DNA of 64,000 nt from a virus (taxonomy: Duplodnaviria; Caudoviricetes). This document shows, piece after piece, positions 48,629 to 58,484 of the stretch. Position numbers and translations under genes: made by a program. The notes under the pieces are model-generated. The model had not been told where the DNA came from and did not search any database. It saw only the letters and a program-made list of their open reading frames with translations. The stretch is from the IMG/VR virus record IMGVR_UViG_2799112583_000005, positions 6,192 to 70,191 of that record; one strand, given 5' to 3'. Numbering within the stretch: the first letter of the stretch is position 1; the number at the start of each line of letters is the position of its first letter.

Positions 48629-49570
48629 TCAAAAGAACATGAGCTGTCCGTATTTGTTTTCGTTGTAGGCCGTTTCCTCGGCTTCCACGGGTGGTTCCGG
48701 CTCGGGGGATATAGTTACAGGGGGTGTGGGGTCCTCGGGCTCTGGAAGCGGTTGCAACGGGGCAGCAGCGGCCTCGGCGGGCAGCTCCTCGGCTTTCTCT
48801 GTCGTAGGGAGCTTGCTGAAGAGCAGCGCCATTGATGCAGCCAGCCGCCGGATGTGCCATTCTTCCCGGAAATAGAACGGCGTGTACCAGATGTTTCCGT
48901 CGCCGCATGGGATCAGGCCGCGGGGATCGTGGAATGTGGTTGGATTTGCGAGGCTGTCACCGATCTTCACATATCCCGCACAGCCGAGGATGCTCAGCTG
49001 CAGGTAGCACATACACCCGACGAGGTAATCGATGTCCTGGGCAACGAACAGCACCGAAGTCTGGTAGTTGATATCCTTCCTCAGACAGTCATTGGCGAAA
49101 GCAACCAGGAGCGCCCCCGCGCCGCAGGCCGGGTCCAGCACGGAGACGAAGCCCTTTTGCTCAATCTCGGCCTTGAGTAGATCGAAGTTTGAAACGATCT
49201 CGCTCATGCAGCGGCATACATCGTATGGGGTGAAGAACTGCCCGGCGTGCTCGTTGCCCATCCCGACAGCCATGTACATTTCCCCAAGGAAATCCTGATC
49301 GGGATTTCTGTCCATGGCATTGACGAAATCCACGAACAGCTCAGAGAAAACGAGCAGCTCCTGCGGCTGGTATTTGCTGGCCAGCGTCCTGTAGTGCTTC
49401 TCCCTCTCCGTGGCGTGAACCTGATCGACGACGTTGGAGATACTGATCGCAGACATGACCACCCAGTCCTCCCAGATTTGCCGGATGGAATACCGCCCGG
49501 ACAAGGACTCAAACTTTTTGATAAATTCTGCCTGGACGCCGGTTCTGACGGCGCGTGCTGCCTTTCCCAT
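48629..49570 (-). CDS. N-6 DNA methylase-like protein
   Basis: DFLGEMYM, GQFFTPY, VLDPACGAG.LL, QDID, GDSL. Confidence 0.85.
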   Translation of the reverse strand: MGKAARAVRTGVQAEFIKKFESLSGRYSIRQIWEDWVVMSAISISNVVDQVHATEREKHYRTLASKYQPQELLVFSELFVDFVNAMDRNPDQDFLGEMYMAVGMGNEHAGQFFTPYDVCRCMSEIVSNFDLLKAEIEQKGFVSVLDPACGAGALLVAFANDCLRKDINYQTSVLFVAQDIDYLVGCMCYLQLSILGCAGYVKIGDSLANPTTFHDPRGLIPCGDGNIWYTPFYFREEWHIRRLAASMALLFSKLPTTEKAEELPAEAAAAPLQPLPEPEDPTPPVTISPEPEPPVEAEETAYNENKYGQLMFF

Positions 49571-49611
49571 ATCCCGCGCCTCCTATATCTGTGCGAGATT
49601 GTGCAGATGCT

Positions 49612-50289
49612 TCATTCCGGGAACCTCCAGTAATTCGTGCGGCTATGTTTATCCCATGTATCACGGATAACATAGTCATACTCGCTCCATTCGCCGTATA
49701 CGAACGCACTGGAAAGGCCGGCGGGGTAACGGCCATCGTGCCAGATGCGCAGCTGCTCAAGAGCCAACTGCACATCATCCTCGCTGATCGGGTTGTTTTC
49801 CCGATAGAAAACCCACTGCGAGGGCTGCTCGATGACTTCCTCCACGCTTCCCGGATAGAGCGGATTATCTACGCGGCACAGGATGTTCCAACAGAGAGTG
49901 CCCTTCATGCGCTTGGTGTTCATGGTGCCAATGACGCGGGCAATCGCCTCGGCCTCTCTCTGCATCTGGGCCTCCGCAGTCCGCGAGGCCTCGTCTTTGG
50001 CCCTGGCCGCCTCGGCCTGCTCGTCATAGAATGCATTGATTTTCTTCTCGTACTCGGCGGCATACTGGGCGGAGATCTGTTCTGTGACATCCTTTTTCAC
50101 ACGGTGGGCGGTCACAGCGGAGACACCCAAGGACCAGGCTACGATCAGGAGCAGTGCGGCGATCAGAATGCCATGCTGTCGGATGAACCGGACAGCCCAG
50201 CGTTTTGCAGTGGACGGCAGGGGATTGTTCATGCGGGAAAAATACGGGTTCCCTTCGCTCCTCACGACAGGGACGGGATAACTCTTCAT
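49612..50289 (-). CDS. Membrane-anchored SleB-like cell-wall-hydrolase-domain protein
   Basis: TM helix; AIARVI, WNILCRVD...YPGSVEEVIEQPSQW. Confidence 0.6.
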   Translation of the reverse strand: MKSYPVPVVRSEGNPYFSRMNNPLPSTAKRWAVRFIRQHGILIAALLLIVAWSLGVSAVTAHRVKKDVTEQISAQYAAEYEKKINAFYDEQAEAARAKDEASRTAEAQMQREAEAIARVIGTMNTKRMKGTLCWNILCRVDNPLYPGSVEEVIEQPSQWVFYRENNPISEDDVQLALEQLRIWHDGRYPAGLSSAFVYGEWSEYDYVIRDTWDKHSRTNYWRFPE

Positions 50290-50861
50290 TTGTGTCCTCC
50301 TTTTTCTTTTTCGCCCGGTTCGGGCATTTTCATCATTTCGGCAAGGGCGGCAATTTGAGGTGCCGCCCTCACGGCCTGTAATCGCTCTTGCGTTCCGGGT
50401 GAGAGCAACCTGTTTTCCTGCAGACGGCGGGAGAGGGTTTCATAGACCATGCGGAAGTTTGCCCGCAGCGCATCAATGTTCTCGCTCTCACAGATCTGCT
50501 GCCAGCCGATTCGGCGCACTGTCTCGGCGGTAAGCTCGTCCATCGAGGCCAGAGCCGCCTCCCCACGCATATAGCCGTATCTACCGACTGCCCTATGTAC
50601 CTGTTCCCACCCATCGGCCCACGTGGGAGGCAGACCGTTTACAACGATATCCGCCTCCTGACGGAGAGCGGCAATGGTCGGCGGCTGTGTCTTGGTTTCG
50701 AGCCATCGGTTGACAACTGCCGCCATGACGTCGTAGGGGATATCTCCCAATTTGCGGTACCAGATTTCCACGGCTTCGGGATTGGGAAAGAGATTCGCCC
50801 AGGGAAAGGCCGTCGTGATGCCCTTGGTGATCTTCTCAAATTCCTTCACTGTCATTGGCAC
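50286..50861 (-). CDS. Helicase loader/inhibitor (G39P-like)
   Basis: W...L.DIPY, QPPTIAALR, W..GW.QV..AV.RYGY, RANFR. Confidence 0.75.
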   Translation of the reverse strand: MPMTVKEFEKITKGITTAFPWANLFPNPEAVEIWYRKLGDIPYDVMAAVVNRWLETKTQPPTIAALRQEADIVVNGLPPTWADGWEQVHRAVGRYGYMRGEAALASMDELTAETVRRIGWQQICESENIDALRANFRMVYETLSRRLQENRLLSPGTQERLQAVRAAPQIAALAEMMKMPEPGEKEKGGHK

Positions 50862-51717
50862 GTTCTTCAGCCCACCTCTCTATGGTGTTATAGGTCTCTT
50901 TCATTTCCCGACCGTGCCGCGTGTCGGATTCCCGGCCAGTCCGGTTGTCATACTTGCCGTTCACAATGTTCAGGAAATTATTGGGGCGCACAAACCAGTC
51001 AAAGGTGATTTGAAAATCCTTGACCTTGCCCATCAGGAAATCGCTGTTCCTGACGATCTCCACGGCCTCCAGCACAGAACTGATACCGTAATCCTTGATA
51101 CGGGCGCGGAGCATCTTTCCGGTGGAAGTGGTCGCGTCGGGGATCTTCCGAAGCCTCTGAATGCCCAAACTCTGCCATGCATCAAAGACTTGTCGCACGT
51201 CCTGCGGGCGACAAACATTTTCGTCAGAAAATGTCTCGTCTTCTTTCTCTTGCTCTTTCTCTGGTTCTTTCTCTATCTCTGGATCTATCTCTATATCTTG
51301 GGGACAATCGGGGGACAGTCGGGGGACATTGTCCCCCGCGCCCTCGATTTTGCGCTGCTCACGCTTTCTTCTGGCAGCATAGGTTTCGCTATCCAATAGC
51401 TTTGCGACCTCGGTCATGAATAAAGTTTTATCGTCAAAGACTTCCACCATGCCCAGTTCCGTCAAAACCTTTAGAGCAGAGCGAACGACATCAACATTTG
51501 TATGCGTCACGCTGGCGAGCATCGTTTCCGAATATGGGATAGTGTCTGAAAAGCGAAGCGCCCCTTCGTGATCCACGCTTTCAAGCATGAGTTTGAGATA
51601 AAAGAGCACATAGTCCTTGCCGTTTGGCATATCCTCAATGACCGTGATATCATGCCGTTTGAAGAAATCCTTGTGGAGTTTCAGCCAGTAGTACCGCTCT
51701 GTATCTCGTGCTGCCAT
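50836..51717 (-). CDS. Phage replisome organiser / replication initiator
   Basis: RYYWLKLHKDFF, YLKLML.S, C-terminal ITFDWFVRPNNF.NI.NGKY. Confidence 0.88.
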   Translation of the reverse strand: MAARDTERYYWLKLHKDFFKRHDITVIEDMPNGKDYVLFYLKLMLESVDHEGALRFSDTIPYSETMLASVTHTNVDVVRSALKVLTELGMVEVFDDKTLFMTEVAKLLDSETYAARRKREQRKIEGAGDNVPRLSPDCPQDIEIDPEIEKEPEKEQEKEDETFSDENVCRPQDVRQVFDAWQSLGIQRLRKIPDATTSTGKMLRARIKDYGISSVLEAVEIVRNSDFLMGKVKDFQITFDWFVRPNNFLNIVNGKYDNRTGRESDTRHGREMKETYNTIERWAEERANDSEGI

Positions 51718-51730
51718 AGGCTACCTCCGA

Positions 51731-52198
51731 TCAGAACGGCAGCTCGCCGTCGTCATCGTCCAGCTCCTGGAACTGCTGCGGAGGGGTGACGTCTACGCCG
51801 CGATCGGGAGCACGGGAGGACCGTTGATAACCGCCTGGCTGCTGCGTCTGCCGCTGGTAGCTGCTGTTTTCACTGTCCCGCTTGGATTCCCCAAAATAGC
51901 AGCTGTCGGCGAGGATCTCCCACGAGGTACGCTTGTTGTTGTCTTTATCTGTCCACCTGCGGGATTGGAGCCGGCCAGAGGCGACGACCATTCCGCCTTT
52001 GCGGAAATACTTGGACACGAATTCCGCGGTGCTGCGCCATGCTACACAGTCGATGAAGTCCGTCTCCCGGTCACCGCCGCCTGCGGCGTAATCACGCTCG
52101 CAGGCCACGGTGAAGGAAGCAACGGGAATCTGAGACTGCGTATAGCGCAGTTCGGGATCACGGGTCAGGCGGCCCATGATTGTGATGTGGTTAAGCAT
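51731..52198 (-). CDS. ssb: Single-stranded DNA-binding protein
   Basis: MLN.I.IMGRLTRDPELRYT, DFIDCVAW, acidic tail DDDGELPF. Confidence 0.95.
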   Translation of the reverse strand: MLNHITIMGRLTRDPELRYTQSQIPVASFTVACERDYAAGGGDRETDFIDCVAWRSTAEFVSKYFRKGGMVVASGRLQSRRWTDKDNNKRTSWEILADSCYFGESKRDSENSSYQRQTQQPGGYQRSSRAPDRGVDVTPPQQFQELDDDDGELPF

Positions 52199-52528
52199 CT
52201 GTGTGTTCCTCCGGCTCCGAGGAAGCGGCCTTATTGAGTGCCTCTTTCAGCCGCTCGACATCCGCCGTGAGCTCTCCAACCGTCTCATCGCGGGCTTCTA
52301 CCAGCTCGCTGTAGTGTTCCTCGGCGATCGTCAGAGCCTTGCTGTACTCGTCCAGACTGCGGGCACCCTTGACGATATCGGCACAGCCGTAACCGCTCTT
52401 ATCGGCGACGGAGAGGATCATATCGATCTGCACTTTCGCAGCGAGCAGCTTGTTGTATTCGCTGCGGGGGATGGTGACAGTATCAGTGGCGTGGATAACG
52501 ATTCCGCTCTTGGTAACAATGGTCTTGC

Positions 52529-53062
52529 TCATTTTTTGTCTCCTTTCAGACTTTCCCACCAACCGGCCCGGTCGGGCGTGTCGGTGTCGATGTTTAATTC
52601 CTGGGCAACCTGTACCGCGCCATCGATCAGATGGGAAAACTCCTTGGTGTCCATGAGGCGCGTCTGCTTGTATACGAGGTAGCACTTGAAGAGCTTTCCG
52701 TTCTCCTCAACCTCTTTGTACATGCGGGTATAGGGGTAGATCGTGCTCACATCGACAGAGGCCGGGAGCTTGAACCCAACGATCATCCCATCATCGTCGC
52801 GGGCATAGGTGCCATACTGTGTGACCAGATCGATTTTGACCTGATCATCGGAGATCCCGCGCGCAGCGGCGATTTCATTGACCAGCAGGTGGAAATACTT
52901 GTTGGCGTCGTTGCTGCGCTTGGCTCTCCACTTTTTGATGGTGATCTCCAGCACCGCCTCCTTGAGGGCTTCGTAGCCCTCGCGGAAGTCGGTGTCGAGC
53001 TCCAGCGTGACACGCTGTTTCCCGCCGAAGCTCATGGAGAAGTCGATGATCCGGCCCTTCAT
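52529..53062 (-). CDS. NinB-like recombination protein
   Basis: KRSNDANKYFH.L..EIA, T..MDTKEFS.LIDG. Confidence 0.6.
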   Translation of the reverse strand: MKGRIIDFSMSFGGKQRVTLELDTDFREGYEALKEAVLEITIKKWRAKRSNDANKYFHLLVNEIAAARGISDDQVKIDLVTQYGTYARDDDGMIVGFKLPASVDVSTIYPYTRMYKEVEENGKLFKCYLVYKQTRLMDTKEFSHLIDGAVQVAQELNIDTDTPDRAGWWESLKGDKK

Positions 53063-53691
53063 GACCGGGCCTGCCAGTGTTCCAGGTATGTGTCCATCAG
53101 GTTGTTGGCCTTGAGGAACTGAACGAACTGGAGGATCAGATCAGCGGCAGAGAGGCAATCTTCCGGTTCATACTGCTCCATGTAGAGGTCCTGACCGTCA
53201 GAAACCATGTACCGGAACTGTCTGGCCTCCGGGACGAGGTAGAAGTAAAGCGGGTGCTGGGGGCTGTTGAGATAGTCTCCGGCGAGATCCAGCGACCCGA
53301 AGCTCTTATTCTTGAACTTCACGTCGTAGATCGTGCCCTCTCGCAGTGCGTCCAGAATGCCGTAGACCAGGAAGGTGATACCGTCGACTTCAATTTCACG
53401 CGATGCTGTGACCTGGAACTGAGCGCCTTTGAGAAAATCGGCGATCTCGCAGATGCCGCGCTCCCATTTGGGGTGCGGTGCGCGAAGCTGACCGGAGGCC
53501 TCCTTATAGACCTCGTTCTCGAAGTCATGGCCGTTCTGAATCCTTTGCCGCTGTTCAGCGTCCAGATCTTCCGGCTCACGGCGCAGTGCATGCAAGAAAG
53601 AAGCCATGGCTTCGTCTTCCTTTTCCTCACGGCACTCATAGATATACAGCCACGAGGAGAGCAGAGACTGCGTAATCAGGTATCTGGCCAT
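53059..53691 (-). CDS. PD-(D/E)XK exonuclease-like protein
   Basis: YGILDAL...IYDVKF; adjacent to Sak4-like ATPase. Confidence 0.6.
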   Translation of the reverse strand: MARYLITQSLLSSWLYIYECREEKEDEAMASFLHALRREPEDLDAEQRQRIQNGHDFENEVYKEASGQLRAPHPKWERGICEIADFLKGAQFQVTASREIEVDGITFLVYGILDALREGTIYDVKFKNKSFGSLDLAGDYLNSPQHPLYFYLVPEARQFRYMVSDGQDLYMEQYEPEDCLSAADLILQFVQFLKANNLMDTYLEHWQARS

Positions 53692-53694
53692 GCT

Positions 53695-54648
53695 TTATGC
53701 CTCCTTTTCCTCCTTGCGGATAAAGCCGCCGGCGCTCTTACTGTAGGTCAGGCCGATACTCTTGGCGCGTTCATTGAGCATGGCCGAGGCCTCCTTTTTG
53801 CTTGTGAGAGCGTGGGCAAGGTTGGGAATGTCGTTCAGTGCGCGGTTGGCCGTTTCAACGTCCTTAACGGTATCGAGAATCTGGTGTACCGCTCCCATCA
53901 CCCGGTCATACTGCTCTTTCAGTGGGGCGTATTCCTCCGCCTCAGCGGCGATGTTTGCCTTTGCCTTGTCGAACAGTCTGGTGATGAAGTCGTTGGTGTC
54001 GGTGGGGCCGAGCTCCGGGACCGTATAGTGTCCCTTGATACCATGGCAGCCCTTGGCAAAGTATTCCTGCTCCGGGGTAAAGCCAATATCGCGCCGGTCA
54101 CCGATCATCTGGACATAGCCGCCGAAATCGCAGGGCGTCCAGACAATATTCTTGGCCGCTCCCTCACACATGAGGCGGACTTGGGGATTCCCGTCTTTGT
54201 CCGTCTGTTCCAGACTGTGGAACACATAAATCAGATTCTTGTTGAGTGTGTCCTTGACATAGCTGGTAAAGCGGCTGAACTCCATCTTCACCGCGCCGAA
54301 GCCCTTGAGAGAGATCGCGCCGTTCTTCTGGCAGTTGGCCTTGGGATCGGCCCTCATCGCCCAGTCCTGCAGATAGGTGATGAAACTGCCGCCGGTATCG
54401 ACCACAATAGTCTGGAACTGCTTCATATCCGGAGAGCCCAGGTCTGTCAGGACATCCTCATAGGTGTCGCAGAAGATGGCCGCTTTGCGGTGCTGAGAGC
54501 GGACGCGGCTCATGCCGCGGTCAAAGTCGATCAGGACAGGATCGGGAGCGGAGAGCGCAAGGGTGGTTTTTCCGACGCCGGGGGAACCGTAGAGGATCAT
54601 GCTGAACTTCTTTCCGTCGAAGCTCATGTTTTCGGGGTTGACAATCAT
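53695..54648 (-). CDS. Sak4-like recombination ATPase (AAA_24)
   Basis: YGSPGVGKTTLA, IDFDRG, VVDT. Confidence 0.8.
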   Translation of the reverse strand: MIVNPENMSFDGKKFSMILYGSPGVGKTTLALSAPDPVLIDFDRGMSRVRSQHRKAAIFCDTYEDVLTDLGSPDMKQFQTIVVDTGGSFITYLQDWAMRADPKANCQKNGAISLKGFGAVKMEFSRFTSYVKDTLNKNLIYVFHSLEQTDKDGNPQVRLMCEGAAKNIVWTPCDFGGYVQMIGDRRDIGFTPEQEYFAKGCHGIKGHYTVPELGPTDTNDFITRLFDKAKANIAAEAEEYAPLKEQYDRVMGAVHQILDTVKDVETANRALNDIPNLAHALTSKKEASAMLNERAKSIGLTYSKSAGGFIRKEEKEA

Positions 54649-54695
54649 AATGGGGTGCTCCTTTCAATTTGTGCTCGATATGAGCGTATTTATGG

Positions 54696-55061
54696 TCAGC
54701 GGCTTTCGCCGGGTACCATGCAGAATGCTTTGAGTGAGGCGGTAAGCTCCTCAACTTCCTGGTCGTCCAGACCAACAATGTCGGGGCCGTCGTCTGTCCA
54801 GCCAGTTTTCATGATGACGAGATTTCCAACGATGGGGGCACCGTGAATATGGGTGCCGTAGAGCAGGGAACCGATGGTGTTCATCGGTAGTTCCAGGATC
54901 AGTCCCTCCTCGTTGACGATCATCACCAGAGGCTCGGCAAGGCCGATCGGATGCACAATCTCGATATAGCCGCCCACGACGTCGCCGACTGTCCGATGCA
55001 TCGGGGCCTCAAAGTCTTTGACCTCGATCTGGTTGTCAGACGTGACAACAATTCCTTTCAT
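54696..55061 (-). CDS. DUF3846-like protein
   Basis: VVGGYIE, IVNEEG..L.LP.N, I.G..VI. Confidence 0.7.
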   Translation of the reverse strand: MKGIVVTSDNQIEVKDFEAPMHRTVGDVVGGYIEIVHPIGLAEPLVMIVNEEGLILELPMNTIGSLLYGTHIHGAPIVGNLVIMKTGWTDDGPDIVGLDDQEVEELTASLKAFCMVPGESR

Positions 55062-55778
55062 TCGTTCTCCTTTCCGGGAAAGCACTCCGGCGTTTCCCAT
55101 GCGTCTTTCCGGCAGAGGCATTCGTCACAGCCGACGATCTCTCCGGATGCATCACAGTAGACTGTTTCACACTCTTGCCCGCACACCGGACAAATAGGCG
55201 TGGCCTGCTTCTCCCATGGCGGGAATCCGGTACGCTCGATGCAGGCAACGATCGGATCATCGGGGATCAGTCCCATGTGTGCCTCCTGTTCTCTACAACG
55301 AACCATTTGATCAGCGATTCGAGCCAGTCCTGTACGGTATTGAATCCTTTCCTGCGAATGATAGGCAGGAGATCCTGATAAACATTCTCGTCGAGCCTGC
55401 AGCGGATGCTCCGCTTTCGGCGGTGACGGTCTCTGCTTCTACGCTTTTTCCACGCTTCGGGCGCGTATTTCATATAGAGACGCTCCAAAGCGTTGGGCCT
55501 TATCTCAATGCCATACAGCTCAGGCGCTTCGCATTTGCTCAGCAGATACCGATCAAAGCGGGGATACAGCCCCTGTACCGTCTCGGCCATATCCCGTGCG
55601 GCAAGGGCATGAGAAACGCGGAGGTTCGTGATCTCATTACCCGAAGAACCTCCGCTTGACAAATCCGTCGTATTCTGGTATTTTGATTCTCGGGTAATCA
55701 TGTTTGGGTGATCTCCGCCGCCGTCCTCGGTCTTGCACACCGAGGGCGGCTCTTTTTTTACGTCCATGTGTCCTCCTT

Positions 55779-56096
55779 TCACGCGCCGCTTGCACCGGCG
55801 CGATAGCCGGTTTCAAACCGGCATTTTTCTTTTGCCCCACACAGGGCTGCCCTGCACTGACCATCCAGACCGAGAGCGTCGGAGATCCTGCAAAGCTCAG
55901 GCATCCGGAAATCTGACTCGCAGCGCATGCGGCGGTTGAGAGCTTGGACATCCATACAGGACTTCTTTGCCAGCGTCTGGCGGTCGAAACCGCGAGACTC
56001 AGCTGCCGTGCTGATGATCCTGACTACGCGTTGCCGCTGTGTTAGCTCCGCTTCGGCCTTGCGTGCGGCCTCAGTCAGAGGGCGTACTTTAGGCAT
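55779..56096 (-). CDS. HTH DNA-binding protein
   Basis: LAKKSCMDVQALNRRM..DFRMPEL. Confidence 0.6.
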   Translation of the reverse strand: MPKVRPLTEAARKAEAELTQRQRVVRIISTAAESRGFDRQTLAKKSCMDVQALNRRMRCESDFRMPELCRISDALGLDGQCRAALCGAKEKCRFETGYRAGASGA

Positions 56097-56248
56097 TTAT
56101 GCTCCTCCTTCCTCTTCGGACTCGATGCCCCTGGCAAGGGCTTCCTTTTTGCACAGCCCATTTTCGAGCAATTTCTGAACCAGCATCTCGATCGAGAAGC
56201 CGGTCAGGATTGCGGTGATCTGTACTAACACCATTGATTGAATTCTCC

Positions 56249-56518
56249 TTATTCAGAGATCGGAAGTTTAGTTTCTTGAACTTTTACTGTAAAAAAATAA
56301 TCAGGGATGTCCATAGGGGTCAGTCCGAGTAGCTCTATTGATCTGCTGATTTCGTTTGGCTTGAAATACCTTTCTCCGTTGAGCTTTAATGACAATGAGC
56401 GCTCAGAAGTTCCAAGAGCCCGCGCAAAAGCCTCCTGCTTTCCAAACTTATCCCCAATTCGCCCTGTCAAGCGGCTTAGATCATAAACAAGCCGCGGTGT
56501 AGATGTCCGCTTCATCAT
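56249..56518 (-). CDS. Cro-like repressor (DUF739-type)
   Basis: YDLSRL.GRI..KFG.QEAFA.ALG.SERSLSLKLNG; divergent from cI. Confidence 0.85.
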   Translation of the reverse strand: MMKRTSTPRLVYDLSRLTGRIGDKFGKQEAFARALGTSERSLSLKLNGERYFKPNEISRSIELLGLTPMDIPDYFFTVKVQETKLPISE

Positions 56519-56547
56519 TTCACCTCCTTCCAGCAAATCATTTCAAA

Positions 56548-56567
56548 AAGTTCTGTTTCTTGAACTT
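56548..56567. promoter_or_regulatory. Operator of the cI/cro switch
   Basis: AAGTTC-N8-GAACTT; near-copy at 56264-56283 and half-sites at 56613-56651. Confidence 0.65.
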
Positions 56568-56690
56568 CTGTACAAATAGTAACACAAGCACTTACCAATT
56601 GCAACACCAAATTTGAACTTTTGTTTTACTTTCTCTTGAACTTTTGTTCAAATGATGATATGATAACTGTGCTTGAAGGGGGGTGTCTTG

Positions 56691-57068
56691 ATGAAGCCAT
56701 ACACAACATCGCAAAGACTTCGACAAATCATGGATGAACGAGGATTGAAGCAGGTCGATATTTTACGGCTCGCAAAACCATATTGTGAAATGTACAATGT
56801 AAAGCTTAGCAAAGGAGCATTGAATCAGTATCTATCCGGCGTGGTTAAAGAACCCCGAAATGACAAGTTATCAGTTTTGGCTTTTGCGCTTGGTGTCAGC
56901 GAAGCTTGGCTTATGGGATTTGATGTCCCTTTAGAAAGAACAACGCCCATCCCCGGAACAAGCGAAGATGGGCGAAGATCGAGATTATTAAACCTCTATG
57001 ATAGGCTAACCGATTCAGAGCAGGACGAAATTATCTCTTTGATAGAATGGAAACTATCAAAGAAATGA
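56691..57068 (+). CDS. CI-like repressor (XRE HTH)
   Basis: RLRQIM.ERGLKQVD, ALNQYLSG..EPR.DKL..LA.ALGVSEAWLMG. Confidence 0.88.
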   Translation: MKPYTTSQRLRQIMDERGLKQVDILRLAKPYCEMYNVKLSKGALNQYLSGVVKEPRNDKLSVLAFALGVSEAWLMGFDVPLERTTPIPGTSEDGRRSRLLNLYDRLTDSEQDEIISLIEWKLSKK

Positions 57069-57279
57069 TATACTCCTGCTCCTGTTCAGACAAGTGCGTA
57101 AAAAGTTCCATTGCAAGACGGCATTTAAGCGTATCGTTCATTATTACAGCTCCTTTAATAAGTTGCTGCCGACAGTGACAACAGTATAGCATAGATTACA
57201 AATTTGTGACAGACTCGGAAGATTATTACGGATTAAAATCCCCAGCCTATAGGCAAGGGACAAAGGAGGTGAAAAACAA

Positions 57280-57447
57280 ATGAGTAGGATTACAAACAAT
57301 ACTATTGTTGAAATGGTCAAAGAGATAACCGTGGCTGCGCTTTCTTCGACTACGAGAACAGCAAATGAAGCAAATGGCAAAGATGTTGCTGCTTTTATGC
57401 AAGCCATCTATGATAAACTGAACGAATTTGCTTCTAAGGATCAGTGA
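57280..57447 (+). CDS. Small hypothetical protein
   Basis: RBS AAGGAGGTG; MSRITNNTIVEMVKEITVAA.., 55 aa (below ORF-track cut-off). Confidence 0.55.
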   Translation: MSRITNNTIVEMVKEITVAALSSTTRTANEANGKDVAAFMQAIYDKLNEFASKDQ

Positions 57448-57727
57448 ATACCCCATAGTTTTGTGATGACCTGGCCCATCGCCGGAATTTTCGCGAGTTA
57501 TCCGACTTCCGGCGATGACTTTGCGATTGTGCGCTCTATATAGGACAGAAGCGCCTATTCAAGTCTGCCCTGGGGGTCTTTCTTTTGCTTTCCACTATTT
57601 TTGCCTCCTACCTCTCGGATTTCAATGTGGTTTTGATTTCTTGAATTTCTTTTTGGATGAAAAAAGAATAGCATTTTTGTATTTTTTTCAAGATACAACA
57701 ATATAAGAGTGCATAAAGGAGAATAAT

Positions 57728-58276
57728 ATGAAACGGACGATTGCGTTTGTAATAACGTTTGTTCTGGTTTTTTCACTCTGCGCATGTGGCTCGTCCACAA
57801 GCTCAAATCCTTCAGCAACAGCGATGCCTACCGCAGAACCTACACCAGAACCAACGCCTGAGCCTACTGCAGAGCCGACACCTGAACCTACGCCGGAGCC
57901 GATCAGGGATAAGGAATGGCTTCGTAATATTACAGTTGATGATCTCAAGACAAATACCGGCGAGATCTTGGAAGTCATCTATAATGGGACAGATCTGGTC
58001 GTAAAGCAGAAGATAAACGCTCAACTCACCAACAAGATGACGATCGATCAGAATTATTACAATGCCTGTGAGATTATTCGCTCTTTGGGCGGCGCAGAGA
58101 TTCACGACCTCCAATATTGGGCTGTTGCAGATATGAGGGATGGCTCGGAGGGCAAGGTGATCAGTTTCACTGTTCCGGCGGCCACCGTAAAGATCATTCA
58201 GACTCAAGAGTTTCCAGACAATACCCTTGGTAATTATGTAACGGACCTGTGGATCCTTCCGTCTCTGAAAGGATAG
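57728..58276 (+). CDS. Lipoprotein with PTPE linker (lysogeny module; possible superinfection exclusion)
   Basis: Lipobox SLCAC; PTAEPTPEPTPE repeats. Confidence 0.75.
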   Translation: MKRTIAFVITFVLVFSLCACGSSTSSNPSATAMPTAEPTPEPTPEPTAEPTPEPTPEPIRDKEWLRNITVDDLKTNTGEILEVIYNGTDLVVKQKINAQLTNKMTIDQNYYNACEIIRSLGGAEIHDLQYWAVADMRDGSEGKVISFTVPAATVKIIQTQEFPDNTLGNYVTDLWILPSLKG

Positions 58277-58484
58277 AAGTGGAAGGAAAGCCGCGACCAT
58301 CCAGTACAAGAAGAGAGTGAAAACGTGCTTCCGTTTGATCTATCCAAGTATTCAGATACGGCTCGACATGACCTATGTATGTCTTTTTACCGGGAGTTGG
58401 AACGCCTGATGGCCATTCCAGAGGAACGGGAGATTATTGAGCTAATGACCGCCGAGCGGTTGGCTCGGCAAAAGGAGCAGTCTC

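Noticed and set aside
57828-57900. Short tandem repeats suggesting a CRISPR-like array
   Set aside because: They are in-frame PT(P/A)E codon repeats of the lipoprotein; there are no spacers or cas genes. No CRISPR array was seen in the window.
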